A DNA stretch of 60,521 bases, the filler included, from Sphacelaria rigidula (Eukaryota): the NCBI GenBank assembly GCA_964200075.2. It is 8 parts of 8 records of this genome, joined end to end, with 100 filler letters (N's around TTAATTAATTAA, not from the genome) between each part and the next. Parts side by side here need not be neighbours in the genome. Positions count along the whole stretch, not along the records: positions 45,468 to 52,944 come from CAXNAA020014741.1; positions 53,045 to 60,521 come from CAXNAA020014742.1; 6 more parts are not named here. The stretch is one strand, 5' to 3'. A program made the translations under genes and the position numbers. Position 1 is the first letter of the stretch. Every line of letters starts with the position of its first letter. Below the pieces are notes generated by a model. That model made no database searches and was not told where the DNA came from. It saw only the letters and a program-made list of their open reading frames with translations. Of the stretch, positions 48,641-60,521 are shown in pieces.

Positions 48641-51047
48641 TCATGGATCGTTTCGATCCGTCATGAAAGATCCAGGGTTTCTGGCATTGGGGTTGGAGGT
48701 GTCGTGAGTCGGCCCCGTTCGCTGGTGATGACCATGCGTAGACTGAGAAGGGCGGAAATAACTATTTATGTGGTGACTACCTGAGACGGTGTTGGTGGTG
48801 TGGCGACGGTCGCAATTTGAGCGAGAGTCGCTATGATTGTGGTAAGGCTGGCGATGGTGGCGAGAAGGTGGACAATACTCGCGCATGCGTTTTTGCCATC
48901 GGCGCCACGCCTGTCTGTTGCTCTGAAGTTCAGGGTTCATGAGCGAAAAAATATTGATGCAAGGTTCAGGGCAGTCATGCATACTATGGCCAGTACCATT
49001 GCAGTTGATGCATGTGTTAGCATGGCGACGGGAAGCATCCTTGCGAGCCGAAGGCGAAAGCAAGGGGGTCCACAAATGTGGGTCATCGGTGATGAAAGCG
49101 GTTGTGGAAACGACATAAACGTCATCAAAAGTGTCTGCCGAAAAAGGCCAAGCGTCGGAGCTTGCACGGAACGGGTCTTTTTTGCTACGAGCAGACATGA
49201 CCGATCCGCCGACAGAGTTGGGTGTCCAAGTATTACTGCGAAATCTGAGTGCGTCCACGAGATCCGGAGGTACTCGTGGATGCGGCACGCAGGGTCAGCG
49301 AAGACCCAGAAAAACACTGTGTGCCACGGGTGGCAGGCGTCAAATTATGTTCTTAATCTACGAATGCAGTTCACATCGCGTCTATAGAGGCGTAAGGCAC
49401 CTCTTTGTGCGTCAAAGCGCCCGGAAACAAAGGCAGCATCAGCGTCGGAAATTGCTGAGCGAGACTATTGCGAACGTATGTTTGACACATAGCATCACTA
49501 GGGCCATTCTGTCGCCCGGTACCAGTCACACTTGACACCAAAAGCTTGAATTCGCGGAGGTAGTCAGCAAAGGGCACGTCTGTTGCCACGGCGAAGGAAC
49601 TGAGGCGCTTGATGGTGCCTGCCTGATCAGACTTATCAGAATAGCTTATGAAACGCCTTTCCAAATTGCTGAATAATAACGGCGCTGGTTGCCCGCTGGC
49701 ACAATCTTGATCCATGGCGGCGAAGAAGGAGTCGAGAATCTGCATCAAAGAGGCAAGAACGTCGGGGGAGCGACGGCTGATTGAGCGGTGCAAAGTCTTA
49801 TGCAGCGGTGTTTGCCATCCATCAACCCAGTCAGAGTCTTCGAAACGTTGTTGATCAATTGCATCGGCCAATTCAAGGATGTTGCGCATTGTTCGATGCA
49901 TTGAGGAAATGAGAGCTGACATAAAGTCTTCATTGTCTGCAGTAGGCATGGTTTTGATATGCCAGAGTTTCTTTACATCCATCTGTAAGTACTCTCGCTT
50001 TATGACAGCGACACAAGACGCTTCTCTGCGAGTCTCGGAAGCCATTTTATCCGCGGCAGCTTGGCGTTTGGCTGCGGCGGCGGCAGCTAGTGACCGGGCC
50101 GAGTTGGAAGACAATGGGCGAGCCGTCGAATCGTCACTATCACTATCCGTGAGACCTAAAAGGCGAGCAGGCGCAGCTGGTAAAGGAGGCGTTACCTGCC
50201 TGACGGCCGGTGAGGGCCGCATGGATCGCGTCGAGGTGTGCTGACGGTATCTAGAAGTCGATGAACTGGAAGACTGGTGACCAGACCGTTTATGGCTGCC
50301 TCTGGTTGTACGGCGACCGTTGTTTGTGTTGCGGTGGGCCCCGTGGCCACGGCGCGGTGCGGCGCCGGGTTGGTCATCGTCAGAGTCGTCACCACGACGG
50401 TGGCGAGGGGGGTGAGGCGTGATCCAGGCCCCATCATCGTCCGGCGGCAGCGTGTTGTGGGCTGCACGCATAACAGCGAAGAGGTCGGCGACGACGGTCT
50501 CGTAAGCGGGGCGACTGTCCCCGGTACCAATCGCTAGATTGAGCACGATGCGTTCGATAGTAAGAGCTCCCGGGTCGTTGTGAGGGAGCTGTCCTCCTTG
50601 CCGAAGGAAGGAGACGATCACACTGTTGACGGGCAGAGTTAGTGAGCGCCAAGCCTGCTCAGAGGCGCGGAGAATGTTGTTGCCGTTATACTTCCCTGAA
50701 AGTTGGCGTAGCGTCCAAGGAAGCCAACAGCGTTCGCTGCCCTGAAGGCGCAGCCCAGGTGTGGGGGCAGGGGGCGTCGAAGCCCGAGGGACCTGCGGTG
50801 GGGCAGGCGAGGTGCGCGTAGGCGAAGCCGTAGAAGCCGCGGCAGCAGCGTGTAGGCGCGAGGGCTGGCGTTCTTCCGTTATGCCGGAAATGGCGGCAGA
50901 GGGTGCAGGCGCGGGAACGCTTGGCGCGGTGCTCAGAAGAGGAAGGTGTTGCTCCTGTTCGAGGGAACGTAAAGCCGTGGTCGCAGTCTCTGTTGCGGTG
51001 GCGCATTGACGCAAGCAATATTCATCGCGTCGAATGGAGCCACGCAC
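48641..51047 (-). pseudogene. Gypsy gag (disrupted near 49230-49371)
   Basis: 558-aa ORF with a capsid-like segment IKRLSSF..PFADYLREFKLLV, then a 215-aa ORF with the CINCNGTGHSMHDC zinc knuckle. Confidence 0.75.
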
Positions 51048-52696
51048 CTTGTGAACGCAGCAAGGCGTTCAGTGAGAGTGCGTTGAGCCGCCCGCTGACG
51101 CCTGGTTGCCGAATCGACCGCCTGGCGTTGGCGCGTCAATCGTGCCGTGAGGTCGTCATGAAGGCGACGGTGGGCAGTGTCGTCCGCCGTTTGGCGGGGC
51201 GAACGTGGCGCAGGGGGCATGCCCGGTTGAAATGCCTAGTACTCCGTAAGAATTTGTTCTTGGTCCGAGCGTGGACCACGAAATCAGAGCCGGGGCGAAA
51301 GGCCTGGCGGGCAATGCTCGATGCCCAACAGGGGGCGGTCGTCCGTGAAAGACCCAGGGGCATGCGCCGGAGCCGAGTCCGTGGCAGTAGGAGCCTGCGG
51401 CGAAGAGACCGATTCCTCATCAGCGGCCGTGATGGGGGTATCATCCACTGCCGTCGCGGCGGGAGCGGCAGTCGCCGCCGCGCTGGGAGCGTGAGGCGTG
51501 ACACAGGTGCTCTCTGCATCCGTGTCGATGTCGGCAGCTGCAGGAGCTGGAGCGGCCGCGATAGGAGCGGTGGTCGACGGAGCCTGAGTGTGAGCCATGG
51601 TCAAAGCAGATCGCAGGTATCGACGGAGATCTGCAATTTGTTGTTCCGCCGCACATACAGTGGCAGCATCAGGGTAGGGCGGAAGGGCACGGTTAGTGCT
51701 GCGCCGGTCTCGCAAAGATGCCGGAATGTCAATCACCGCGTCCTCGACGAGCAATCGTGTATTCACATGGGTCCGATCGACGGATTTAGGTCGTGAGGAT
51801 CCCGTGGTCGATGATAATCCCGATAGTAATGCACGTACATCATGAACATGAGTGGTATGATCACCATGGTGGACAGTGGCATCACCATCCATATCCAAGT
51901 CAAGGGGAATATCTGAGGTTGAACGTTTGTCATCATGGGCTGCAGCCGCTGGTATAGAGGCCTGATGATTCGCATTACTGTCAAAATGAACATGATCTGA
52001 GGACGTTGAATGTTGAACGGCTGTGTGAAACGCGGCCGCGAGCGCTTGGGAAAGGGCAGTTGTCGCCGGACCGTCAGAAATGACAGCCGGTGAAGATCGA
52101 AGCAAGTGCTCAAGAGCCGTTACTAAAGGCAAGTGCCCTGTGAAAGGCTCTTCGGGGCGGCCAAGACGCGAGGAGGATGTTCGGCGCGGGGGCTGGTGAA
52201 CAGAAGTGTCCTCAAGATACATGTTATACCGTCGCGGGCGCTGTAAGGCATCGTAACCTTTGTGCGACGTACTGAAAACGTCGGAAGGCATGGACGGATG
52301 CCATTTATCAACACCGCGAGCGTGGGGTGAGTCAATAGCCGCGGTAGGAGCCTGAAGCGGTTTACGTTTCACGGCAGTGGCAACGCGTGGCGACTCGTCC
52401 GACATGTTGGAACTCGGAGACAGTGTGCGTTTCACAACAGAGCGAGCGCGTAGCGTCTCGTCAATCATGTCGGAAGTCTTGGACAGTGGCCGGGCCGCGA
52501 CAGAGCGAGCGCGTAGCGTCTCGTCGATCATGTCGGAAGTCTTGGACAGTGGTCGGTCCGCGACAGAGCGAGCGCGTAGCGTCTCGTCGATCATGTCGGG
52601 AGTCTTGGACAAATGGTGGTCGCGGTGGCCACCAGCAGCCAAGTCTTGGGACGTGTAGTCGCCAAAGTGGAGGGCCGAAGCTCTCTCGGATTTCAC
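50933..52696 (-). CDS. Additional ORF upstream of gag (or gag N-terminal extension), two internal stops, unknown function
   Basis: ORFs 51284-52696 and 50933-51220 are in the same frame. They carry a 63-bp (21-aa) repeat x3 and coiled-coil-like segments, and overlap the gag ORF in a different frame. Confidence 0.5.
52430..52612 (-). repeat. 63-bp in-frame tandem repeat x3 (LSKTSDMIDETLRARSVAARP)
   Basis: AGCGAGCGCGTAGCGTCTCGTC at 52441, 52504 and 52567. Confidence 0.95.
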
Positions 52697-53249
52697 TTCT
52701 TCGTTTACAGGGGAAGTAACAGTGAAAGGTTTTGAAGGAATTGATGAAAGTGAACGCTGACGGCGTCAAGATTTGTAAGTAGGCAGGGCCGAGGGGAGAA
52801 ATATTTTCTGCGGTTGCGCCATATTAAGTTGAAGAGGTAGAAATGGACGCCAGACACCACAGTACAATAAACAGCCGATCCTAATTTTTGGGGTTGAAAC
52901 ATAATATGAGGTTGAAGTCCCATCCTTCCATTGCAGGGAAGATANNNNNNNNNNNNNNNNNNNNNNNNNNNNNNNNNNNNNNNNNNNNTTAATTAATTAA
53001 NNNNNNNNNNNNNNNNNNNNNNNNNNNNNNNNNNNNNNNNNNNNACTTGTTATACTAAAACCAAGTAATTTCCTGACGAATCATTATTTGTCCTAACCGT
53101 GGATCATTTCTAGCTGTCGGATCTCACGGATCGACAACTCTTCCTCCTACAAGCTAAGGGTTAGTTAGGTACGTGGTCACAGCCGTGAAACAAACCAGGC
53201 TCCGCTCCCGCGCTCCCCCCGTCCCCTGCAGTACGGTCACCGGACTCAC

Positions 53250-53395
53250 CCGCGGGTATTTGAGCCGAGACGGCTTTGAGTGACTCATTGTCGTACCAGT
53301 GCTCTACGTGCTCCGCCGTCTCCCGGTTGAGCAAGGCCTGGACGATCGCTTGGAAGCTCTCGCTCTCGGGATTGCCCATCACGCGCAACGCTTCT
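53250..53395 (-). CDS. GCN2: GCN2 exon downstream of the kinase domain (donor could alternatively be at 53173)
   Basis: AG acceptor whose phase matches the previous exon (AG|A = Arg). Peptide EALRVMGNPESESFQAIVQALLNR..WYD; GTGAGT donor. Confidence 0.7.
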
Positions 53396-54549
53396 CTGTT
53401 CGTTCGCAAGTCGTGCGGGTGGAAAAAACAAAAATCAAAACAGTTGGATATATATTTTTGCTTCTAATGCACTTCACGCTGGTAACTCTCTGACCTCCAG
53501 ACAGCGTGAACCATCTGCTGGTTTTGCTCCATTTGCATTCGAAAAAATGACCGTATACAGGACCCAAATAATTCACCCACCCTGGCGGTTAAAGGGTTTA
53601 CCTGACTCATATCAGATGCAAAACGCGCGGCGCTTCCCTGTATGTCCACGATCACGGGGTAGGGGAAAACATAAGCTATTCAATATTTCGCGGGAGTATG
53701 ATCACCACCTCTTTTCATATCCGACACGCCCACTTACAAACCCAAGACTAGCCCGTCTAGAACTGTTGGCATGATCCACTCCTGTCGGGGTTATTGTGAT
53801 GCTTCTTACTGGGTAAGCGGAGCCTTCCCCTTACAGGACAAGGGTGAGGTAGGTACGAGAGTAGTGGAACGAAGCAGGGTTCAAATCACAGTCTCGGGTG
53901 AAATGAGTGAAGTTATCCTCCAGCATCGTCCCGTTTCTGCGAGGAGGTAACTTTAACGTGTGTGTAGAGAGTGGTGCCAAAATATTCTTCAATACACTAT
54001 CGAACTGTCTCTCATGTTTTCACGCGAACTAAAACATGTGTGGCAGCTCCTACATTTTGTAATAATCACATGGCGGACAGCTGCACATTGTACACCTCCC
54101 CCCCTCCCCTCCTCCTGTGATTACGAGCCTGGTCCGGCGAAAACTCGGTGTGCTTCGTCCCGGCTTTTGTAGGGATGGGAGATCAATGCTCTCACGACTA
54201 CGAACAGAGTTTTCGTGCGACTGAGAGCAGAGGATACGATTGAGATTAAAAAGCGGTCAATTACTGAATGAACAGCTTCAGTTCCGAAATGCCCCTCCAT
54301 GAGGCCCGATATGTTTTCTGCAGTTTCTTGCCACTGAAGTCCTTGATATCCCTGAGTAGGATATCGATGTGTAGCCGTAAGCACACGCCAGTGTTCCAGG
54401 CAAAGAAAAGCACACATAGGATGAGAAATTGGTCAAGTTGAAGCGAATGATCAAATCCACTCTCAATCAACGCTCTACTCTCAATCTCACGAAAAAACTA
54501 ACTACGGCATGCAACATCATGAGTGAACCCCCCTACCATTCAATCCCCT

Positions 54550-55640
54550 GGGGGTTAGCAGTGGCTGACAACGACGCTGTCAAACACGCCACTCACTGCG
54601 TAACCTAGGCAACCAGGTTGTCGTGTATTCGCTTGCGTTTTCTTTTTTTTTGCGGTAACCATGAGGACGTGATGCTGGTCGAGCGAGACCATATGGTGCG
54701 GGATGGAGAACCTCGACACCGGGAAAAGGGGATGATCGTACCGCGTAGTGTTTAAATGGTGAGGCACCCATGAAGCAGTGTAGCCCGTGGGTGTCTCCGG
54801 GCGTGGCGAGACCAGAAAATGAACCAGCTTATTTGAAGCTGTCATCATGGAATAAGATAATTAGTGGGCTTAGGGCCGAGCAATCTCAGCAAGATGTAGC
54901 TCATTCTTCATGCGGCGCTTGATAATTGAATGCCAGCCTGGTCTGGCGAAAACCCGGCGTGCTCCGCCTCGGCTTTGTAGGGATGCGATGTCAATGGTCG
55001 CATAACTACGGCATGCACGATTATGAGTACCCCCCCACCCCCCGCTCACCCATAAGCCTGGTCCGGCGAAAACCCGGCATGCTCCGTCCCGACGTTGTAG
55101 GGACGGACCCCCTTTGAGACCCCCTATGGGGTAGGCGTCGGTTGGTGATGACGATGAAAAATTCGCCACTCACGGCATATGGTAGGCAACCAGGCTACCG
55201 TTTTGTTTTTGGGCACTTGCGTTTTCTTGCGGTAACCATCATGGAAGTCGAGCTAGATCATATTGTGCCGGGTGGGAGAACCTCAATTCCGCGCAAAGGG
55301 CATGGTCATGCTACAAAATATTGAAATGGTGATACACCCATGAGGCTGTGTGGAATTCGTGGCTGTCTCTGCAAGTGGCAAAAACAGAAAACGGAGCAAC
55401 TCATCGGAGGCTGTCATCCATATGCAAGACAATCAGTGCGCTTCGGGCCGAACAATCTTAGCAGGATGTAGCTCACCCTTCATGCTACTCGCCGAACACA
55501 ACACGGCGCTTCGCGCTTGGTGATTGATTGCGAGCTTGATCCGGCGAAAACCCGGCGTGCTCCGTCTCGGCTTTGTAGGGATGTGAGGTCAATAATCATG
55601 TGACGATGGTACGCAAGATCATGACTACCCCCCCTCCCGT
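54550..55640 (+). mobile_element. Two head-to-tail copies of the ~500-bp retroposon-like repeat in a GCN2 intron
   Basis: 54550-55045 aligns with 55140-55640 and with the reverse complement of 13915-14410. Confidence 0.75.
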
Positions 55641-56954
55641 CCACTCCTGGCAGTGCTCCGTCTCGAAAGCGATGTGTGCGTGATCAATGGTCGAACGACT
55701 AAGGCAAGCAACAAATGAGTACGCCCCCTCCTGGCAGTCCAAAAACAAAAGCGAGGCTTAAGTTCAAGCAATATATCCTCTACTCCAGTCCACGACACGT
55801 ATCAAACGTACGTTCCATGACCCTGCACAGAGTAAGACGGCATTGACCTTAAACTTACAGTCGCGAGTGACGTCAGAGTGTACCCTCTTCTACACTTCAA
55901 TGCCGTCAAATCTCTCCTTTCCGCCCAATCTAGATCGCTCACAGTAGGCGAGAACGGCTTCCATAGCAGTTTCCATTTTACCTTGAGCTTACTTTTGTTG
56001 TTTTGTGCGGCTTTCGTACAAGAAGTCATGTGGCAGGGACCTGTCGCTTTTTGTTCATGGCTAGTCCTCACTTTTTCTGCGTTTGTTCATCTCCACTACT
56101 TTCCATGATTTCCTGTTTCTCAAGTTTCCTGAGGCAAGCGTTTCGTCTCATTATCTTTGCGTTCATTTACCTTGCCACCACGGGTGGATTCGCGCGCGCG
56201 CGCGGGGGGGGGGGGGCATCTGTGAATGCTCGTGTGCGATAATCGATCAATCAAATCAAGCGATCACTATTAATAGATTCCGAAAAACTAACAACATTTG
56301 TTTTCTCGAAAGATTACGGAAAATGACCCTTGCAAGTAAACTTGTTCTTGCTTTGTTTCTACGAGGGGGCAGAAATTCTCTAGATATGGTACTCCAAGTA
56401 CTCAGTATTTCCAGAGTACTCACGAGTACCTGGAGCATTGCCTGCCGAAAATACTGGGTGATCCAGAGAACCCCGAGTATCGCCTGCCGAAAGTACTGAG
56501 TATTCCGGAGTACCTAGAGTATCGACTGCCGGACATACTCAGATTCCTGAGTACCTGGATTACGGAGACCTCATAATACTGATACTCGTACCCTATCCTA
56601 TCCTAGGTATCTTTGAGGAGGGTGTATTGCTCCCTCTAGTGAAGCTTCACCGCACACAACCTGGCCACCAAGCTCCCAAGGGTGTCATGATACTGTTCAC
56701 AAAAAATGGACCGTAGGCTCATGCACATGATCTGAGCCTTGCCCGCTCCAAGTGCAACACAGCGCAACACCCGCTCGTCATAACATTCAAGGAATCCGAC
56801 AACTCATCATCCAGAGATAATACCTAGGAGGTGGCATACAGCGCGACTTCAGAGTACTGCACGACCAAAATAGCTGAAAATTCACCATTCGGGGATGCCA
56901 TTTGGGGTGTGATGTCCAGCGTATGGTCGCTATGCTGTGTGTCATTGTCGCCGC

Positions 56955-57034
56955 ATCCTGGTAGTTTAAATTAAAATTGTACGACTTCAGACCGGTCAGG
57001 GCATAAGGCTGCAGGATCGAATCCCGACAGGGTA
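56955..57034 (+). pseudogene. tRNA-like relic
   Basis: Partial acceptor stem ATCCTG/CAGGGT, B-box-like AGGATCGAATCCC and a downstream T5. The anticodon stem does not pair. Confidence 0.35.
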
Positions 57035-57445
57035 CGTTTTTGTTTTTATATTTTTCCTTAAACTATTCTGGTATTCGTCGTTGAAAAAACACGAGGACGT
57101 CACTTTTGTAAGCAAATAAAAGTCGAAGAGAGTTACTGCGGCCCGATGATAAAATATCAAAATGTCAGACCTGTGCTCTACCGTGGGAGATATAAATGGA
57201 TTGTTCCCTGAAGCCTACAGATTCATCCCGAGGAAGGTAAAGGGTTGACAATAGATGGCGCAGAAAAATGAAAAAATGAAAAAAATGACAACCATTAACC
57301 AATAGTGGGGAGAGATGGATGGGCTGATCCCTTCAGGCCAAGTATTCGTCCTGAGAAAGGGTAGTGATTGAAAGTGAGGCGAAACACACACACACAAAAC
57401 CACACACACAGCCTCAACACTGACGCAAATCTAAGCCTGACGAAC

Positions 57446-57555
57446 CTCAAAAACGCAGCTTCCACCTCCAACTTGGGCGGTAGCAGCGAGCTAGACAGAA
57501 GCTCGGCAGCCGTCGGTCGGGCGTCTGCATCGCGCTTGAGAAGCCACTTGATCAC
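57446..57555 (-). CDS. GCN2: GCN2 exon: kinase subdomain XI
   Basis: VIKWLLKRDADARPTAAELLSSSLLPP matches the GCN2 WLL..D...RPTA.ELL.S.LLPP motif; AG/GT boundaries. Confidence 0.85.
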
Positions 57556-58680
57556 CTACCCAACACAAGGACATGTATGAAAGGGTTGCCGAAGACAAGA
57601 AAAAAAAGGGAAGGAGAACAAACCCATGTCAGGAAGTCGACGGGCTATTTATTGAAGGGAGTTGCCGACCCAATGTTCAACGGCGACAATTCAAGAGAAT
57701 GATGGTGACAGAGAGAAAGAGAGTCACTTGATATCTACGGAATCATCCCAAGGAGGGGGAAGGGAGGGTGGTTTAACGTGCAGTAGAAATGAAAAGGAAA
57801 CAAATTTTGCGGAATAAAGGACAGGGGAAAAAAACACTTCCTCCCGCTACGAGTATGAGAGCTACAATCGCTCCAAACATACATGTTCACATACAGATTC
57901 AGGATCTTTGCGGATAGGAAACTTGCGGAATTTTTGCGCATAAATTATTTTCGTGGTTTGTCACGAATACCCTAATCTCGGAATTACTACGAATACAACT
58001 ACATATATATATATATATATATCTACAGGTCATTTACGAAAATATGCTTTTCAAGGTTTTCATCCGCACGAAAACTTCAGAATTGAGAACTAATGCTGTG
58101 GAAGAAAATAGGAGAAGGATTAACACCAAAACACAAGTTTGAGGGTTTTCACAAACACAAAACGTTCGGGAGACTGCCAACGAAGTTGAAACTTAAAAAA
58201 TTCCCCGATCGGAAAAAGTGCCATAAAATTAACAATCTCGATAAAGAACTACGAGAAAGGAAGATTAATGACAAAATCGGTTCAAATAAGGAGTTTTGGG
58301 CAAGAATATTTTTGATTAAATCATTTTTTTTATCCATATGAATAGTTTCTACTGCACTTTCGTTAGAGATGGCGGGTAATTTCTCGTGATGATGAGGTTG
58401 CGAACCGTCAGAACCCCTCAGTATCACGACACGAACACCATTTTTTGTTGCTTTGTCAAGCCAAGATCTCCCATCAAAGACAAGTCCTCATGTCCTTATG
58501 TTTTTCACACAAAAAAAATCAGACTCGGGAAAAAAAAAACAAGGAAACATATGGAAATGCACTTGTTCAGAATCGAACTCGCACTCTAACCGATTCCAGT
58601 TGTGTCACTTTAATTTTGACCACCAGGGCACGGTGGCTGTCCCGGATAATATTGAGCCCTGTTGGAATACAACCCGTTAC

Positions 58681-58789
58681 CTTCTTGGCGTTTTCAGGCA
58701 CTCGCTGCTCGAACGTCTTGGGAAACTGCCCCTCTCCCCCATTTCTTAGAGCAGTCATCACCTCTGCTCTTTCCATGAGGGTGCTGAAT
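58681..58789 (-). CDS. GCN2: GCN2 exon: kinase subdomain X
   Basis: FSTLMERAEVMTALR..FP..F is the eIF2-alpha kinase T.MER...L..LR motif. CCCCAG acceptor, GTAACG donor, and a phase-0 join to the next exon. Confidence 0.85.
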
Positions 58790-59357
58790 CTGGGGAGGAT
58801 AAGGAAGTGCACACGACGCAACAAGACACCGCGTGCAAAAAAAGGGATTACTCGCGCATATGACGTGTGCGTACGGTTAAAATAGTTAGTACAGTGAATG
58901 CACGGGGAGTTAAAAACCCTGGAAAATGATCAAAATGCAACACGCCACACACACAGAAGACACCCGTGTGGGGGAAAGAAGATGATGTCATGCTCTTCGG
59001 AACCATTGGAACGCGGCTCTTGCGTGCCAAGTGCGCACAGTCTTCAAGTATACTAGAGGACGCCTTCGTTGTCGCTGTTGCGCGGTTGCCGGGAATCTTA
59101 AATCCTTCAACCGCGGGTCTGGATAAAGCGGCTGATGCGGTGTTGAAAAAAACTGATTAGCAAACACCAAGCGTGTCTGGCGCACTTTGGCAAAAACATT
59201 CCAACACACATACTGACACATATCTCGCTTCAATAAGACCTCGAACACTCGCGACGATAACCCTTCCGTCAGCACCAACAAACATGGCATCAAAGCGCCT
59301 GCGGCGCCCTGTCTGGTGAGAGCAATGCACAGAAAAAATGGAGGGCATCGATACATT

Positions 59358-59726
59358 CCAAGGTTGTGCTCTGTAGGGTACGGGCATGTTCGGAAGGGTA
59401 CGGAATTTCTTACAATTCTTTTCACAATTGTAGAATACCGGTTATGACGCCTTCCAGAATTTACGGAACCTGCCCGATACGGTATGGAGGTTGTACAGGA
59501 ACCCTTACCCGCGACCGGGGATTTTCACAAGGGTGTACCCGTACCCCGTGCAAGGGTGAACGTTTTGTACAAATCATATAGAACTGTCGGGTACCAGCAT
59601 CAGAGGCTACAGAACTCACAGAACTCACAGAACTCACAGAACTCATAGAACTGTCGGGCATGGGTGATACCCCGGTTATCTACCCTGGGTGAGCACAAGT
59701 TCGTACCCAACAAAACATAACCCTGG
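59358..59726. mobile_element. Probable MITE rich in GGGTAC/GTACCC motifs, with a 9-bp internal repeat
   Basis: Imperfect TIR CCAAGGTTGTG / CATAACCCTGG and (AGAACTCAC)x4; no clear TSD. Confidence 0.5.
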
Positions 59727-60521
59727 AAAGATCGAGGATAAGCAGAGTCTTTTTTTGAGCAAGGATGTACGGTACCAACTCATTGCAAAGCACCTGAACT
59801 GATACAAGCGACACTTCCGCGCTTCCTCTACACGCGACTACCACCTACCCTTGCACATACAGGAAAGGCGTGAGGCGTTAGGGGGGGGGGGGGGAGGCGT
59901 ACTCATTTGTTGCTTGCCTTAGTCATTTGACCATTGACCACGCATCCCTTTCGGGGGAGGGGGGTGACAAAAGCTTTCGACGAAAAATAAGCTACCGACC
60001 TTTTCTTTCGCCTCTTCCTTGCGTTTGCGCTTTCCCCGGAGCTTCTTGCCCTTGAGCTTTTCCTCGCGAGCGAGACGGTGCATGTCGTAGTCACGTTTGT
60101 CCTCCTCCTGAAATGAAAATGAGTCAAGCGCACACCAGGTCGCACAACCGTCAAGAGTCACCTCACACGCCAACCGCCGTTGGAAAAAAAGGCAGCTTGC
60201 AAACATAACAACAACGGAACGCATCACGTCGAAGCCTTTCCGGGGAAGCTATACAAAAAGTACTTCAGTACTGCTGTGCACGAGCAAGCTTGCAGTAAAA
60301 AAAGAGGAAGCGAAAAAAAATGGAGGTATTCAAATAGAAGGAAATACGCTAGATTTTGCTCCTGCTAATGGCGGATCTTGTTAGTTCGAGTACAAGTCAT
60401 CGGATTTATATGATCGATTGTTGCTACAGGGTCACGCTGCAATAGGGACGGGGGGGTGTACTCATGATCATGCATGCCATAGTCATCAGATCATTGACCT
60501 CGCACCCCTGTAAAGCCGGGA

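Larger units (their letters stand above)
45529..52944 (-). mobile_element. Ty3/gypsy element 2 (5' portion, LTRs not in contig), related to element 1
   Basis: Upstream ORF, gag with CCHC knuckle, PR, RT and the start of RH; collinear with 472-3840. Confidence 0.92.

Noticed and set aside
47980..48707. Conserved antisense ORFs (48120-48707 plus; 690-1085 minus; also 50903-51796)
   Set aside because: Explained as shadows of GC-rich sense-strand sequence.
44128..52944. Joining the integrase at 44520-45345 to the RT at 45529-47986 as one element
   Set aside because: They are on separate contigs, and the integrase/chromodomain differs from that of the related element 1.
58966..59160. Additional GCN2 exon
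   Set aside because: No kinase subdomain VIII-IX motif in the minus-strand readings I examined.

Overview
Eukaryotic, transposon-dense DNA; the element types and intron style suggest a brown alga or related stramenopile (inference). The window is not one locus. It is eight contigs of 7,477-7,478 bp (1-7478, 7579-15056, 15157-22634, 22735-30212, 30313-37790, 37891-45367, 45468-52944, 53045-60521) joined by 100-bp N/TTAATTAATTAA linkers, i.e. size-sorted unplaced contigs, so adjacency across gaps means nothing. LTR elements: two related decayed Ty3/gypsy elements, the 3' end of a chromodomain gypsy element, and an internally deleted Ty1/copia element with a half-tRNAiMet PBS and a nested solo LTR. 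The first gypsy copy forms a terminally redundant contig that lacks gag. The second has an extra upstream ORF with 21-aa repeats. Other repeats: many MITEs (P-like, PIF/Harbinger, piggyBac-like, GAG/GAC-ended, CACG-ended), LINE 3' ends and a ~500-bp retroposon that end in C-tracts, two tRNA-like Pol III relics, and an unexplained decayed region with a palindromic 57-bp tandem array inside larger diverged repeats. The only host gene I can support is three phase-consistent exons of GCN2 (eIF2-alpha kinase). No CRISPR array or clearly intact novel system can be supported. The best leads are the circular-looking gag-less gypsy unit, the three-ORF gypsy architecture, the C-tract retroposon chains and the 35-37 kb repeat locus.
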